DNA from: Phaeosaccion multiseriatum
Lineage: Eukaryota > Protista > Ochrophyta, other classes
Reading direction: 5' to 3'
NCBI GenBank assembly: GCA_965112735.1
Contig: OZ218956.1
Location: 2,976,001-3,040,000 of the forward strand
DNA length: 64,000 bases
In this document: positions 52,545 to 63,396 of the stretch, piece by piece
How the letters are laid out: each line of letters opens with the position of its first letter
Numbering within the stretch: position 1 is the stretch's first letter
Program-made: the position numbers and the translations under genes
Notes under the pieces: model-generated
Databases searched by the model: none
The model's input: the letters and a program-made list of their open reading frames with translations, nothing else
What the model was told of the DNA's origin: nothing

Positions 52545-54020
52545 TCAACCGTAGTGGAAGTGCATACCTGGCCCTCCTCCTCCTCCTCCTCCTCCTCCTC
52601 CTCGTCTACCTCCCCGCCCTCCTCCTCCTCCCATGCCGCCCATGCCGCCCATTCCGCCGAACATCTGGAAGAGCACGTTCGGGTCCATGTGCATTCCTGA
52701 GGGTCCGTGCCCGGCGTGAGGATTGTCCAGGTCCTCTATATCCACGCCTAAAGGGGAGGGAGGAAGAGAGCAGGGGGGAGTAGGAGAGTCGGAGAGGGAG
52801 CAGAGTGAGTGAGTAGAGCATTGGGCCCCGTACCTCGGGGGGGGCTCTTCCTCCTCCACATACCGTGATGTGGTATGGTGTAGTGTGTGGCGTGGTGTGG
52901 TGTGGTGTGGTGTGGTGTGGCGTGGTGTGGTGTAGTGTAGTGTGGTGTGGTGTGGTGTGGTGTGGTGTGGTGTGGTGTGGTGTGGTGTGGTGTGGTGTGG
53001 TGTGGCGTGGTGTGGTGTAGTGTAGTGTGGTGTGGTGTGGTGTGGTGTGGTGTGGTGTGGTGTGGTGTGGCGTGGTGTGGTGTTGTGTGGTGTGGTGTGG
53101 TGTGGTGTGGTATGGTGTGGTGTGGTGTGGCGTGGTGTTGTGTGGTGTGGTGTGGTATGATAATGGTGTGAGTGCGAGGTAACACATTGTGTGATGTGAA
53201 CGGTACGTACCGCTGTCGTATCTGTCCTTCTTTTGCACATCACTGAGCACTTCATAGGCCTCGCCAATCTCTCTGAAGGACTTGCCCGCCGCCTCTGTCT
53301 CCGCATCACTCTTGCCTGCCTGCTTGTCCGGGTGAAACTTGAGAGCCTGTGGAAGGAGGGGAGGGAGCGGAGGGAGGAGAAAAGAGGAAGGAAGGAAGGA
53401 AGGAAGGAAGGAAGGGAGGACCAGAGGGAGGGACGGAGGGAGGGAGAAAAGAGGAAGAAGGGAGGAAGGAAGGGAAGGAAGGACCGAAAGCGATGAGAGG
53501 AGGGCGCCAATGAAAGGGGAGCCCCTGACGTATCATTCATCATTCAGCATAACTCCCATGCCCACGTGTATTTATATACCCATATGTATATATATATATA
53601 TATTACATGTATATATGTTTTTTTATTTTTGATGTAAGTATGAAGTATGTGTACACCGATCGTACCTGCTTCCTGTAGGCCTTCTTGATCTCATCCGCTG
53701 TGGCCCCACGCTGCACGCCCAAGATCTTGTAAAAGTCTTTCCGCTGCGAGGGGGATTGAGGGGCGGGTGAGGCAAGCGTTGAGAGGCGGGGGGGAGAGGG
53801 AGGGGGAAGAAGAGGAGGCGCCGGGGGGGGGGGGAGGGGAGGTGAGGAGGGGAAGGAGAGGGACCTGGGAGGGGGGGATGAGGAGGGGAGGAGAGGAGCG
53901 TGGCATGCCACCGTTTGTGCGTACCTTTGCCTGCTTGAGGGCCCTCTGAGCGGATCTGATTTGCTCTCTGATTCCTCGCTGGTCCGCCTCCGGAGACATA
54001 CCTGCACACGTAATCAGGCA

Positions 54021-54063
<43 letters not shown>

Positions 54064-57000
54064 CAGAGTCAGAGAGAGAAAGAGAGAGGTAAGAGTGAGA
54101 GAGGGGACAAGAGAGAGAGTCAGAGAGAGGAAAGAGTGAGAGAGGGGACAGAGAGAGAGTTAGAGAGGGGACAGAGAGAGAAGCACATGTGCCAGCACAC
54201 AGAGAGCGAGACAGAGAGAGGGAGAGAGGGAGAGAAAGAGAGAGCTAATGACGATGGACGTACTTGCGAGTTTCTCAAAGTCCTGGATGGCCTTCGGGAT
54301 GTGATCTTCTCCGCCAATCGCCATCAGCGCTGTCGCCCGTGTGCTGTGTCATGTGTGTAACCAACGTGTGTACAATACAACAAGCCGACGCCAAGACGCA
54401 AAAAAGGGACGCAACAGGAGAAGCCTTGTTAAGAGCAGAGCCCAGAGCAACTTTGCCCGCAAGATGGTGAACTCTGCCCACACTTGTGGGCACATGGCAG
54501 GCACTGGACCTCCACTCCAACCCCAAGACGACAGCGACACGACATGACAAAGACAGCGACATGACAGGGACATGATGGCGACATGAACATGACAGCGACG
54601 CACCGATAGGCCTTGGCAAAGGTCTTGTCCGCTTCGATGGCCAGCGTTGCGTCCTCCACGGCCTTCTCTTGCCTGCCAAGAGCAGTAGCAGCAGTTGGTG
54701 ATACAGCAGCAGCCGCATTATATATATATATCAGTTGATAATATCGACGACAAATATTCACTAGGAGGGAAGAGAGAGAGGTGGAGCTCGTCCTCGTCCT
54801 CCTGCTCCTCCTCCTCCTACCCCTCCTCCTTACCCTCCTCCCACTTCTACTACTACACACACGTACCTTCTCAGCTTGCTGTTTGCGGTGGCTCTGTTGC
54901 TAAACAGCTTGGCGTTGAAGAGCTGGTTGCTCGGATCGACCTGTTTCAGTTTCAGGTTCAGTGCATTAGACCCTACCCAACCAAACCAATTCAGCCAGCC
55001 ATTCCAACAATTCTCAATTCTTGTCAATCAATTGTCAATCAGGAGATTGATATCGTTTACCACCCTACAAACCCAAATCAGCCAGTCCAATTCTTGTCAA
55101 TCAAGGGGTCGATGCCGATATGAATATCGATGTCAAGTATCGTACCTGTACTGCTTCGGTCCACGCCTCGATGGCAGCCTCGTACTGGGCGGCCTTGAAG
55201 GCTTGGTTGCCCTTTGCCTGTGAGCGAGGGAGGGAGGGAGGGGAGAGAGGAAGAAAGGGAGAGAGTGAGGAAGGAAGGAAGGAAGGAAGGAGGGAAGGAG
55301 GAAGGAAGGGACGGAGAGCGGGAGGGAACAAGGGAGGGAGGGAGGGAGAGAGGAAGGAAGGAAGGAAGGAAGGAAGGAAGGAAAGAAGAAGGAGGGAGGG
55401 AGAGAGGGAGGGGGAGAAGGAGGGAGGGAGGGAGGGAGAAGGGGAGGGAGGGCGGGAGGGAGAGAGAGAGGAAGGGAGGAAGGAAGGAAGAAGAGAGGGA
55501 GGGAGGGGGAGAAGGAGGGAGGGAGGGAGAAGGGGAGGGAGGGAGGGAGGGAGAGAAGGGAGGGAGAGAGGGAGGGAGTGCATATGCATTGGTGTGAGAT
55601 GGACATGGAGGAAGAGTGGGGCGCACTTTGAGAGGTATAGACGCAGGATTCAGCGGACCCTGGTTTTAATGCCATCACAGGGAGTGCGTTGACGCCTCTG
55701 TTTGACCTACGAGTTCTTCTCTCTCGCTCTCGTTCTCTTTCTCTCTCCTTCCTTTTCTCTCTGTCCTATCTACCTTGCTTATTCTCTCCCCCCCTCTCCA
55801 TTTGTCTCTCTCCCTTGTCCCTTTCTTTCTCCTTCTCCCTCTGTCCCTTCTCCCTCTCTCTCTCTCCTCTCCGTCGCTCTCTCTCTCCCTCTCTTCCTAT
55901 CCCATCTGCATTCACCATACCTTCAGCACCTCCATGCTCTTCGCTCTCTTGATGAGAGTGCCCACCTCAGGGGCGTCGGGGTCCTGCCGGGCTGCCTCCT
56001 GCGGATGGCAGCAGATGGATTGGGCAAATCGATTCAACTAGTTCATACACAATGCGTCTATCGCAGCAGACAGGGGAGGTGAAGGTCAAGAGGCAGGGCG
56101 GGTGGAGAAGGCGGGCGGGGGCGGCCTTGCCATGGAAAAGATCAGGAGCTGGGCTGAAAGAGCAGGCACTGCCAGCCGTTACAGCCGTTACATTACCTGC
56201 AAGTGCTTGATGCAGCTCTCCAAGTTGGCCATGCCGTACAGACACTTGGCCCGAGCGAGGAGTAGCGGAGGGGACTGCGTGTCCATGCGGAACAGGGGCG
56301 TGGTGAGGGCGTAGGCCTCCTCGAACTTCTTCAGGCCCACCAGCCCGTCCACCTTCAGAAGCTTGACCTTGTGGGAGATGAGAGGGAGAGGAGAGGTTTA
56401 GTATACATGTACTTGTATATGTCTCTCTTTATCTCCCTCTCCCTCTACCCTCTCTCTTTCCCTCTCTCGCTCACCTCTCTGCTTGAGGGCGCGACTTGCA
56501 GCACGCTGGCGATGAGGGAGTTGGCCAGAGAGAACTTGTGCGCGCTCTGTGTGTGCGCATGCGTGTGTGTGTGTGAGCGTGTGTGTGTGAGCGCGGATTG
56601 TGTGGAGACGATGGGAGGGGGGCGGGGGGACATCGTGGATCATGTGAGAAAAGAGAGACACAGGGGTGGGCAGCAGGAGGGGAAGGGCTCCACTTCCGTA
56701 AGCACAAGACAGAGCCTAGCGACTCAAACAACCTACACACACCCTCGGGCGCCTACAGACGCCTATGGACGCCTATGGACGCCAACGAATGCCTACAGAG
56801 GCCTACGGACACCAACGAATGCCTACAGAGGCCTCCGGATCACCTACGAATGCCTACAGAGGCCTCCGGATCACCTACCAGCAGCTCCTTGGCCCGCTCG
56901 ACCTTCTTGGCACACTGCTCCGCTTCCGCCCTCTCCTTCATCTGCACGGCGTTGTTGGGGTCGAGCACCATACCGTGCTGATAGGCACGCACCGACTCGG

Positions 57001-57946
57001 AAAACAGGCCCTTGGGAAGGAGGAGGAGGAGGAGGAGGAGGAGGAGGAGGAGGAGGAGGAGGAGGAGGAGGAGGAGGAGGAGGAGGAGGAGAAGGAGGAG
57101 GAGGAGGAGGAGGAGGAGGAGGAGGAGGAGGAGGAGGAGGAGGAGGAGGAGGAGCAAGGAGGAAGAAGAGGAAGGACAAAGGTCAAGAACCGCACTCTGC
57201 TCTGATCTGAGGGTGGCGATGCCCCACAATGAGAGGGGAGAGCACGAGGGCATGCTCCACAACGAAAGCTTAGGGTCACCCATCCACAGCACAGCAGGTA
57301 CCGTATTACGAATGTAAGTAGGAAGTAAATGACTCAAAAGAAACTCACTCACCCTCTTCTTGAGGGCGTCGGCCTTCCTCCAAGCCCCCTTGGCGTAGTT
57401 CTGATCAATCTCCATGGCTCTGTCGCAATCGGCAACCACCTGATCGTATTGCAGCAGCATCATCCTAGCGGCCGCCCTGTTGCCCAATAGGTTCACTACT
57501 CCACCCTCCACCTCCATGGCTGCCTTAGTCTCCTCCGCGCTGGGGGGGGGGGTGCTTGGCGGGGCGGCAGCGGCGCTACTGCCCCTGCTGCCCTTGGCGG
57601 CTCTCGCTGCTGCGGCCCTTGTGCTGCTGGTACGTAGCGCTTGCGGCGACCAAAAGTCAATGCCTTTGGAGTACTCCGCCACGGCGCCTCGGTAGTCTCC
57701 TGTCTTGTAGCACGTGTCTCCTCGCGCCTTCCACTCTGCGGCTGATGGGATCTCATCAACCTCATCCTCCTCGTCCTCGTCTTCGTCCTCCTCATCCTCC
57801 TCGTCCTCGTCGTCTTCGTCGTCGTCGTTGCCATGGTCCATATCCTCTACATTGGGACCCTTCCCCGTGCCCACTTTCTTCTCCGGCACTGCTTCGATCT
57901 CGTCGTCACTGTCGGGCTCCTGCTGCCCGGCCATAGCAGCTGCCAT
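52545..57946 (-). CDS. DNAJC7: DnaJC7/Tpr2-like co-chaperone (TPR repeats plus J domain), multi-exon
   Basis: TPRs WKARGDTCYKTGDY, NRAAARMML, KGNQAFKAAQY, LFSNRATA; J domain RKDFYKILGV...FHPDK...FREIGEAYEVLSD; Gly-rich tail HMDPNVLFQMF. Confidence 0.92.
52867..53155. repeat. (TGTGG)n pentanucleotide satellite, intronic
   Basis: Directly visible. Confidence 0.95.
56751..56879. repeat. ~31-bp minisatellite at the 5' end of a DNAJC7 intron
   Basis: Minus-strand unit GTAGGTGATCCGGAGGCCTCTGTAGGCATTC x2 plus degenerate copies. Confidence 0.85.
57018..57153. repeat. (GGA)n microsatellite forming the polypyrimidine tract of a minus-strand intron
   Basis: Directly visible next to the acceptor. Confidence 0.9.
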
Positions 57947-58552
57947 AGTCCTCTTCGTCGTTCCCACCTGATGCTCAAACTCCCTCCCCGTGCTCCTCCT
58001 CGTCTCAACCCTTTCTACCCTGCCTTCTCGTGTTGCTCTCTCTCCCACTCTCCTTCTCAATCTCAATCTGGTATAACGGGTGTACAGACGAGGGAGAGCG
58101 TGCGAGAGAGAGAGGACAGGGAGAGATCGCCAGAGAGAGATTGAGAGAGGGGAGAGGGAGAGAGAGAGAGAGGGGGGGGGGGGGCTGGGGAAGGAGACCA
58201 GCCACGACACTGGAGAAATCGCCAATACACGTAGCAGGTACGTGCCACGCAACCACCAGCAAGGAAGAGAAGGGGCGAGAGAAGTCGGCCCGGAGCCGGT
58301 AGAGATGGAGAAATATCTTGTCCCCTTCCGCCACCTCAAAGCATCTGCGCTCGGCAGTCAAGCAACGAAGTTCTCACAAGGACGATACACAACTCTTGCG
58401 TGATGCAACCCTCCTCTTGGTACTCACTCACCTTCAGCTCTGGCTGGCTGTTCTATTTTCTATTAACAAAAGCCCGAGCTCCTTTTAGTGTAAGGTTACG
58501 TAAGGTGGGAGACTATACCTCCTCCTTTCCCCCTTTGTTAGTCTTCTCACGA

Positions 58553-60212
58553 ATGCGTGGCTTAGTCCCAGCGCTGTCCACTCTCTGCTCTCCAAGGCCT
58601 TCCTCCTCCGCAGCCCTCTTCTCTGTCTGTTTCCCGGCCATCCCAATCAACCCCTCTTTTTTTTGCTCTCTTTCCCGGCCTGCTTCTCACCCAAAACGCT
58701 GGATCTGTACCTCCGGGCCCGCCATCTCCTTCGCCGCCACCACCTCATCTGCTATTACTACTGCTACTGCTTCTACTACCGCTGCCGCTGCCGCTGCCGC
58801 TGCAGCGTCTGAGATGGACGAAGGCGCAGTAGTCATGGACCCCAGCAGCCAAAAGAAGGTGCTCCGAAAGGAGGCAGCCAAAGTGTTGAAGAGCCTCGAC
58901 GAACCGACCCTGGCTGCCCAATCGGCGGCGGTGACCGCGAGGGTGAGGGAGATGGCCGCCTTCACCGCGGCCAAGAACGTCAGTGTATACCTGTCCATGC
59001 CCGGGGAGCTGCAGACCGGAGACCTGCTTGCCGCTCTGTTTGAGGCAGGCAAGGCTGTGTACATACCAAAGGTAAGCCAAAGTAAAGAGACTTCAGGTTC
59101 AAGTGATGTGTGTTGCCGCATCTTTTGTGGGTCGTCGCTTAGTTTCCTGTATTGTATGCTGTGTCCTCTCTGCACCTCCGCCCCCAGTACCCAAGACGAA
59201 CAATCATGTGTCCCCTGCTTTGCCCGCCCGTCCTCCCCTCCACCACCCCCATCACCCCATTGCCCCGCAGGTGACTGGACCCAACCCCTCTGATATGCGT
59301 ATGATGCCTCTCCTGAGCGCGGAGGAGGTGGAATCCTTCCCCCTCTCCAAATGGCGCATCCCCGAGCCTCCGCTGGAGCTCGTCATGTCGCGGCAAGACG
59401 GAGTCACAGTCGGAGATATGGACTTGGTCCTGACCCCAGGCTGCGCCTTTGACCACCGCTGCAGCAGGCTGGGCCATGGCAGGGGCTACTATGACAGCTT
59501 CTTTAAGCGGGTATGTTGGTTGGGCATGGACGTGTGGATGGATGTGAGCAGAGAAGTGCGGGAGGAGGGGAAGATGAGGAGTGAGCCTCATCTTACTACC
59601 ATTTCCCTACGTACCCTACCCAAGCCTACCCTACCCTACGCTTCCCGGTCTCAACTCTCTGCCTCCCCTCCTTTCCTCTCATAGCGTAGCTGACCCTCCT
59701 CTTGCCTTTTGTCGCCTCCCTCGCCTCCCTTCCTTTCCATCAAGGAGGCAAAATCCTTGTATTGTCGTCTATGCTTCCTCGAAGGGGAGACTCACTCATT
59801 CTCTCTCTCTCTCTCTCTCTCTTGGTCGCTTGCTCTCTTGGACATCTGCCTTTGGTCTTCAACCTCCTCCCCCCCCTCAACAACAACAACAACAACGGCA
59901 ACGACGACGACGACGACGACGACGATGGCGACTGCAACAACCAACGCCCCAACCCCACAGGTTGAGAGTGCAAATGCTTTGAAGGGCTGCCCTCGGCCAG
60001 TGTCCATCGGTCTGTGTGCCGAGGAGCAGTTGATGGGGCAGGGGCGAATCCCCATGACGCCCGAAGATGTGTTTCTTGACTTCGTTGTCAGTCCGTCGCG
60101 AGTGTACGCCAAAGATGCAGGAGGAGGGGAAATAGAAGGAGGAAGAGGAGGAGGAGGAGGAGGAGGAGGAGGAGGAGGAGGAGACGAAGCAGCAGCGGAG
60201 CCGCAGACGTGA
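58553..60212 (+). CDS. MTHFS: 5-formyltetrahydrofolate cyclo-ligase; exons 58553 (or 58814)-59071, 59271-59510, 59961-60212
   Basis: KKVLRKE, VSVYLSMPGELQT, GKAVYIPKV, WRIPEP, DLVLTPGCAFD...RLGHGRGYYD, IPMTPEDVFLDFVV. Confidence 0.93.
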
Positions 60213-60888
60213 ACTAGAGAGCCTTTGTAGGGAAGCACATCTACTCAGAGAGAAGGACAAGAGAGAGAGTGAGGGAGAGAGAAGAGTGAGTCTTGGAAAG
60301 GGAAGCAACGACCACCGCTCCTCCTCCTGCCCTCCATTCTCCCCCCCCCTCCCCTCCCCCGGCCCTGTCCGTTTCGTGGGCCAGGACTCAGGGCTAAGAC
60401 CTGGAGGGCGTGGCGAGTCAAACAAGTAATCTGTGCTGAGAGAGGGAGAGACATGCACCGTCGCGTCAGGCCTGGGGCTGGAGATGCGAGGGGGGAAGAG
60501 AGAGGAGGGAGATACACCACCCTCTACACACACGAAGAGAGAGAGAGAGAAAGAGAGACACCTGAGAGAGAGGGAGAGAGGGAGCTACACCTTCGAAGAG
60601 GGAGGCATGGGAAGAGAGATGGAGGAGAGACACCTTCGCAGAAGGAGAGGGGGGACGAGAGGGAGGTACACCACCTTCGAGATGGAGAGGGAGCAAAGAT
60701 AGGGCCATACTCCCTCCACCCTGCCGCATCACCACCGTCGGCACTTCGGACTTGCAGAATGATGTGAGCGACGTCCGTCTCGCAGTGGAGCCGAGGCGGC
60801 TGGGCTGGGGCTTGGGTGACGCACGGGTGCCCTATCCTCTCTGCTTATTAGAGGAGAATGCCCCCCTCTCTCTCTGTGTTCACTGGAC

Positions 60889-61100
60889 AGTGCTTGTGTC
60901 AGCGCAGGAGAGCACGGGAAGGCGCTGGACTTGCTGAAGGAGATGCGAGAAAAGGGCATTGAAGTGGATGAGATCTTTTATCATTCTGCGATTGCTGCTT
61001 GTGGCCAAGCATGAGAGCGCGGGAAGGCGCTTGCACTGCTGAAGGAGATGCGAGGGTACGGCAATGAACCCAACTCGACCTAAGGCTGCCATCGATGTCA
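60889..61100 (+). pseudogene. PPR gene fragment (about 2 motifs) with in-frame stops
   Basis: SACVSAGEHGKALDLLKEMREKGIEVDEIFYHSAIAACGQA*ERGKALALLKEMRGYGNEPNST*, similar to the repeats at 62134-63393. Confidence 0.8.
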
Positions 61101-61195
61101 TACACGTGCCCGAGCAATGACGGAGCTTGGCGGGTGGCTTCCAAGTACATTAGAGGGGAAAGATAATAGGAATCGCCTAAGAAAGAGAGTGAAGG

Positions 61196-61430
61196 TCGGC
61201 CCCTGACATGCTTCTGAGACAGGCCAGCCCAGAAGCAGGAAGCAGGCCGGCTGGCGCCGGCAAGAGGAACTAGCCTTGGCCCTCATCATTGCTTTACATG
61301 GCTTTCCCCCAGAACCTGGAACCTGCCTGGCCGGCTGGCGCCGGCCAGAAAGCAGGAAGCAGGCCGGCTGGCGTCGGCCAGAAGCAAAAAAACAGGAAGC
61401 AGGGTCGCCTCAGAAGCATGTCAGGGGCGA
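61196..61430. mobile_element. MITE-like element B, long copy (20-bp TIR)
   Basis: GCCCCTGACATGCTTCTGAG ... CTCAGAAGCATGTCAGGGGC; 66-bp identity with 34471-34536 in reverse orientation. Confidence 0.8.
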
Positions 61431-61755
61431 TATATATATGGGTGTCTAAAAGTAATGTCTCACCGCCCCGGGGAACTTAGCCCTCGAGGTCGTGTCCCTC
61501 TGACTCATCAGTTCTCCCCATTGGAACAAAGTTGATACCAGCCAGGATCCTGTGTCGAACCGATCGTTCGTGTCGGGCCCGCTGGAGCGCTACGGCTAAT
61601 CGTATCATCGTCGTGTCGTCGTCGTCCGTTTTTGGTCCGTTTTTGGTTTTTTTTTTCTCTTCTTCAGGGGGCCGATGAAGGAGGCGGTGGTTGTACAATA
61701 TAAATCACAGCTTGACAACGACGGAGGAAGAGGAAGAGAGAGGAGATATTGATGT

Positions 61756-63396
61756 ATGTTCGGTCGGGCCGTCAGATATTGTCGTGCTCGGAGGAGGTCA
61801 GGAGGAGCAGCAGCCGGAGCAGGATGCCCCCATCGTCTCGGAGGAGGTCTCTGTGATGCTGGTGGTGTGCTTCCTTCACACTCGTGGGGGAGATGGGTCT
61901 CGGCTCTCTCCCCCTCTTCATCAGCGCACACTCCTGTGAGTTACCACTCGCTCCGTCTCATTGGAACCACGGGTATTACGGAACGGACGCAGGAGGGTCA
62001 AGATGGTGGACGACGTGAACGAGAGAAGCAAAAAGAGCTGAACAAAGAGATCCAGAGACTCGGAAACAAGCGCGACTGGAGGGGGGTCGCGAGAGCGATT
62101 GAGGAGGCGAAAGCAGCGGGGCTTCGAATGAACGTCATTGTGTATACCACTTCCATTACTGCGGTTGGGAAAGCCGGGCGATGGAAGGGTGCGCTTGCTC
62201 TACTCGATAGGATGCGAGAGGACGGGATTCAGCCGAATGAATACACGTACAGCTCTGTGATGAGTGCTTGTGGGAAGGCAGGGCAGTACGAGAAGGCGCT
62301 TAACCTGCTGGAGGAGATGCGGTGGGAAGGGGTTCAACCCCAAGAATTCTCGTACAACTCTGCGATTTCTGCTTGTGCCAAGGCACGGCAGCACGAGAAG
62401 GCGCTTGACTTGCTGAAGGAGATGCGCAGGGAAGGGCTTCAACCCACTGAAATCTCGTACAACTCTGCGATTGCTGCTTGTGGCAAGGCAGGGCAGTACG
62501 AGAAGGCGCTTGGCTTGCTGCAGGAAATGAGGAGGGAAGGGCTTGAGCCCGATGTCATCTCCTACAGCTCTGCGATTTCTGCCTGTGGCAAGGCAAGGCA
62601 GCACGAGAAGGCGCTTGACTTGCTGAAGGAGATGCGGGGGGAAGGTCTTCAACCCAATGTATTCACGTACAGCTCTGCGATTGATGCTTGTGGCAATGCA
62701 GGAGAGCACGAGAAGGCGCTTGACTTGCTGAAGGAGATGCGGAGGGAAGGTCTTCAACCCAATGTCATCACGTACAGCTCTGCGATTACTGCTTGTGGCA
62801 ATGCAGGAGAGCACGAGAAGGCGCTTGACCTGCTGGGGGAGATGCGGAGGGAAGGGCTTCGACCTAATGTATTTTCGTACTCCTGTGCGATGAGTGCTTG
62901 TGGCAGCGCAGGAGAGTACGAGAAGGCGCTTGACTTGCTGGAGGAGATGCGAAAGGAAGGGTTGCAACCCGATGTCATCTCGTACAACTCTGCGATTAGT
63001 GCGTGTGGCAAGGCAGGGCAGTATGAGAAGGCGCTTGACGTGCTGGAGGAGATGCAGAGGGAAGGGCTTGAGCCCGATATATTCTCGTTCAAATCTGCGA
63101 TTTCTACTTGTGGCAAGGCAGGGCAGTACGAAAAGGCGCTGGACTTGCTGGAGGAGATGCGAAAGGAAGGGTTGCAACCCGATGTCATCTCGTACAACTC
63201 TGCGATTAGTGCTTGTGGCAAGGCAGGGCAGTACGAGAAGGCGCTTGACTTACTGGAAGAGATGCAGAGGGAAGGGCTTGAGCCCGATGACTTCTCGTAC
63301 AAGTCTGCGATTTCTGCTTGTAGAAATGCGGGAGAGCACGAGAAGGAGCTGAACTTGCTGGAGGAGATGCAGAGGAGGGGGTTGAGCGCGATGTAA
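61756..63396 (+). CDS. Intronless P-class pentatricopeptide repeat protein, 12 tandem 35-aa motifs plus a degenerate first motif
   Basis: 105-bp units from 62134, consensus VISYNSAISACGKAGQYEKALDLLEEMRREGLQPD; Arg-rich N-terminus resembling a mitochondrial presequence. Confidence 0.92.
   Translation: MFGRAVRYCRARRRSGGAAAGAGCPHRLGGGLCDAGGVLPSHSWGRWVSALSPSSSAHTPVSYHSLRLIGTTGITERTQEGQDGGRREREKQKELNKEIQRLGNKRDWRGVARAIEEAKAAGLRMNVIVYTTSITAVGKAGRWKGALALLDRMREDGIQPNEYTYSSVMSACGKAGQYEKALNLLEEMRWEGVQPQEFSYNSAISACAKARQHEKALDLLKEMRREGLQPTEISYNSAIAACGKAGQYEKALGLLQEMRREGLEPDVISYSSAISACGKARQHEKALDLLKEMRGEGLQPNVFTYSSAIDACGNAGEHEKALDLLKEMRREGLQPNVITYSSAITACGNAGEHEKALDLLGEMRREGLRPNVFSYSCAMSACGSAGEYEKALDLLEEMRKEGLQPDVISYNSAISACGKAGQYEKALDVLEEMQREGLEPDIFSFKSAISTCGKAGQYEKALDLLEEMRKEGLQPDVISYNSAISACGKAGQYEKALDLLEEMQREGLEPDDFSYKSAISACRNAGEHEKELNLLEEMQRRGLSAM

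Noticed and set aside
52545-53543. 332-aa ORF with HHTTP repeats
   Set aside because: Read-through of an intronic (TGTGG)n satellite. Only the last ~200 nt are the real DNAJC7 exon.
61012-61014. TGA in the PPR fragment as selenocysteine or readthrough
   Set aside because: It replaces a Gly codon (GGA to TGA) and a TAA follows, which indicates ordinary decay.
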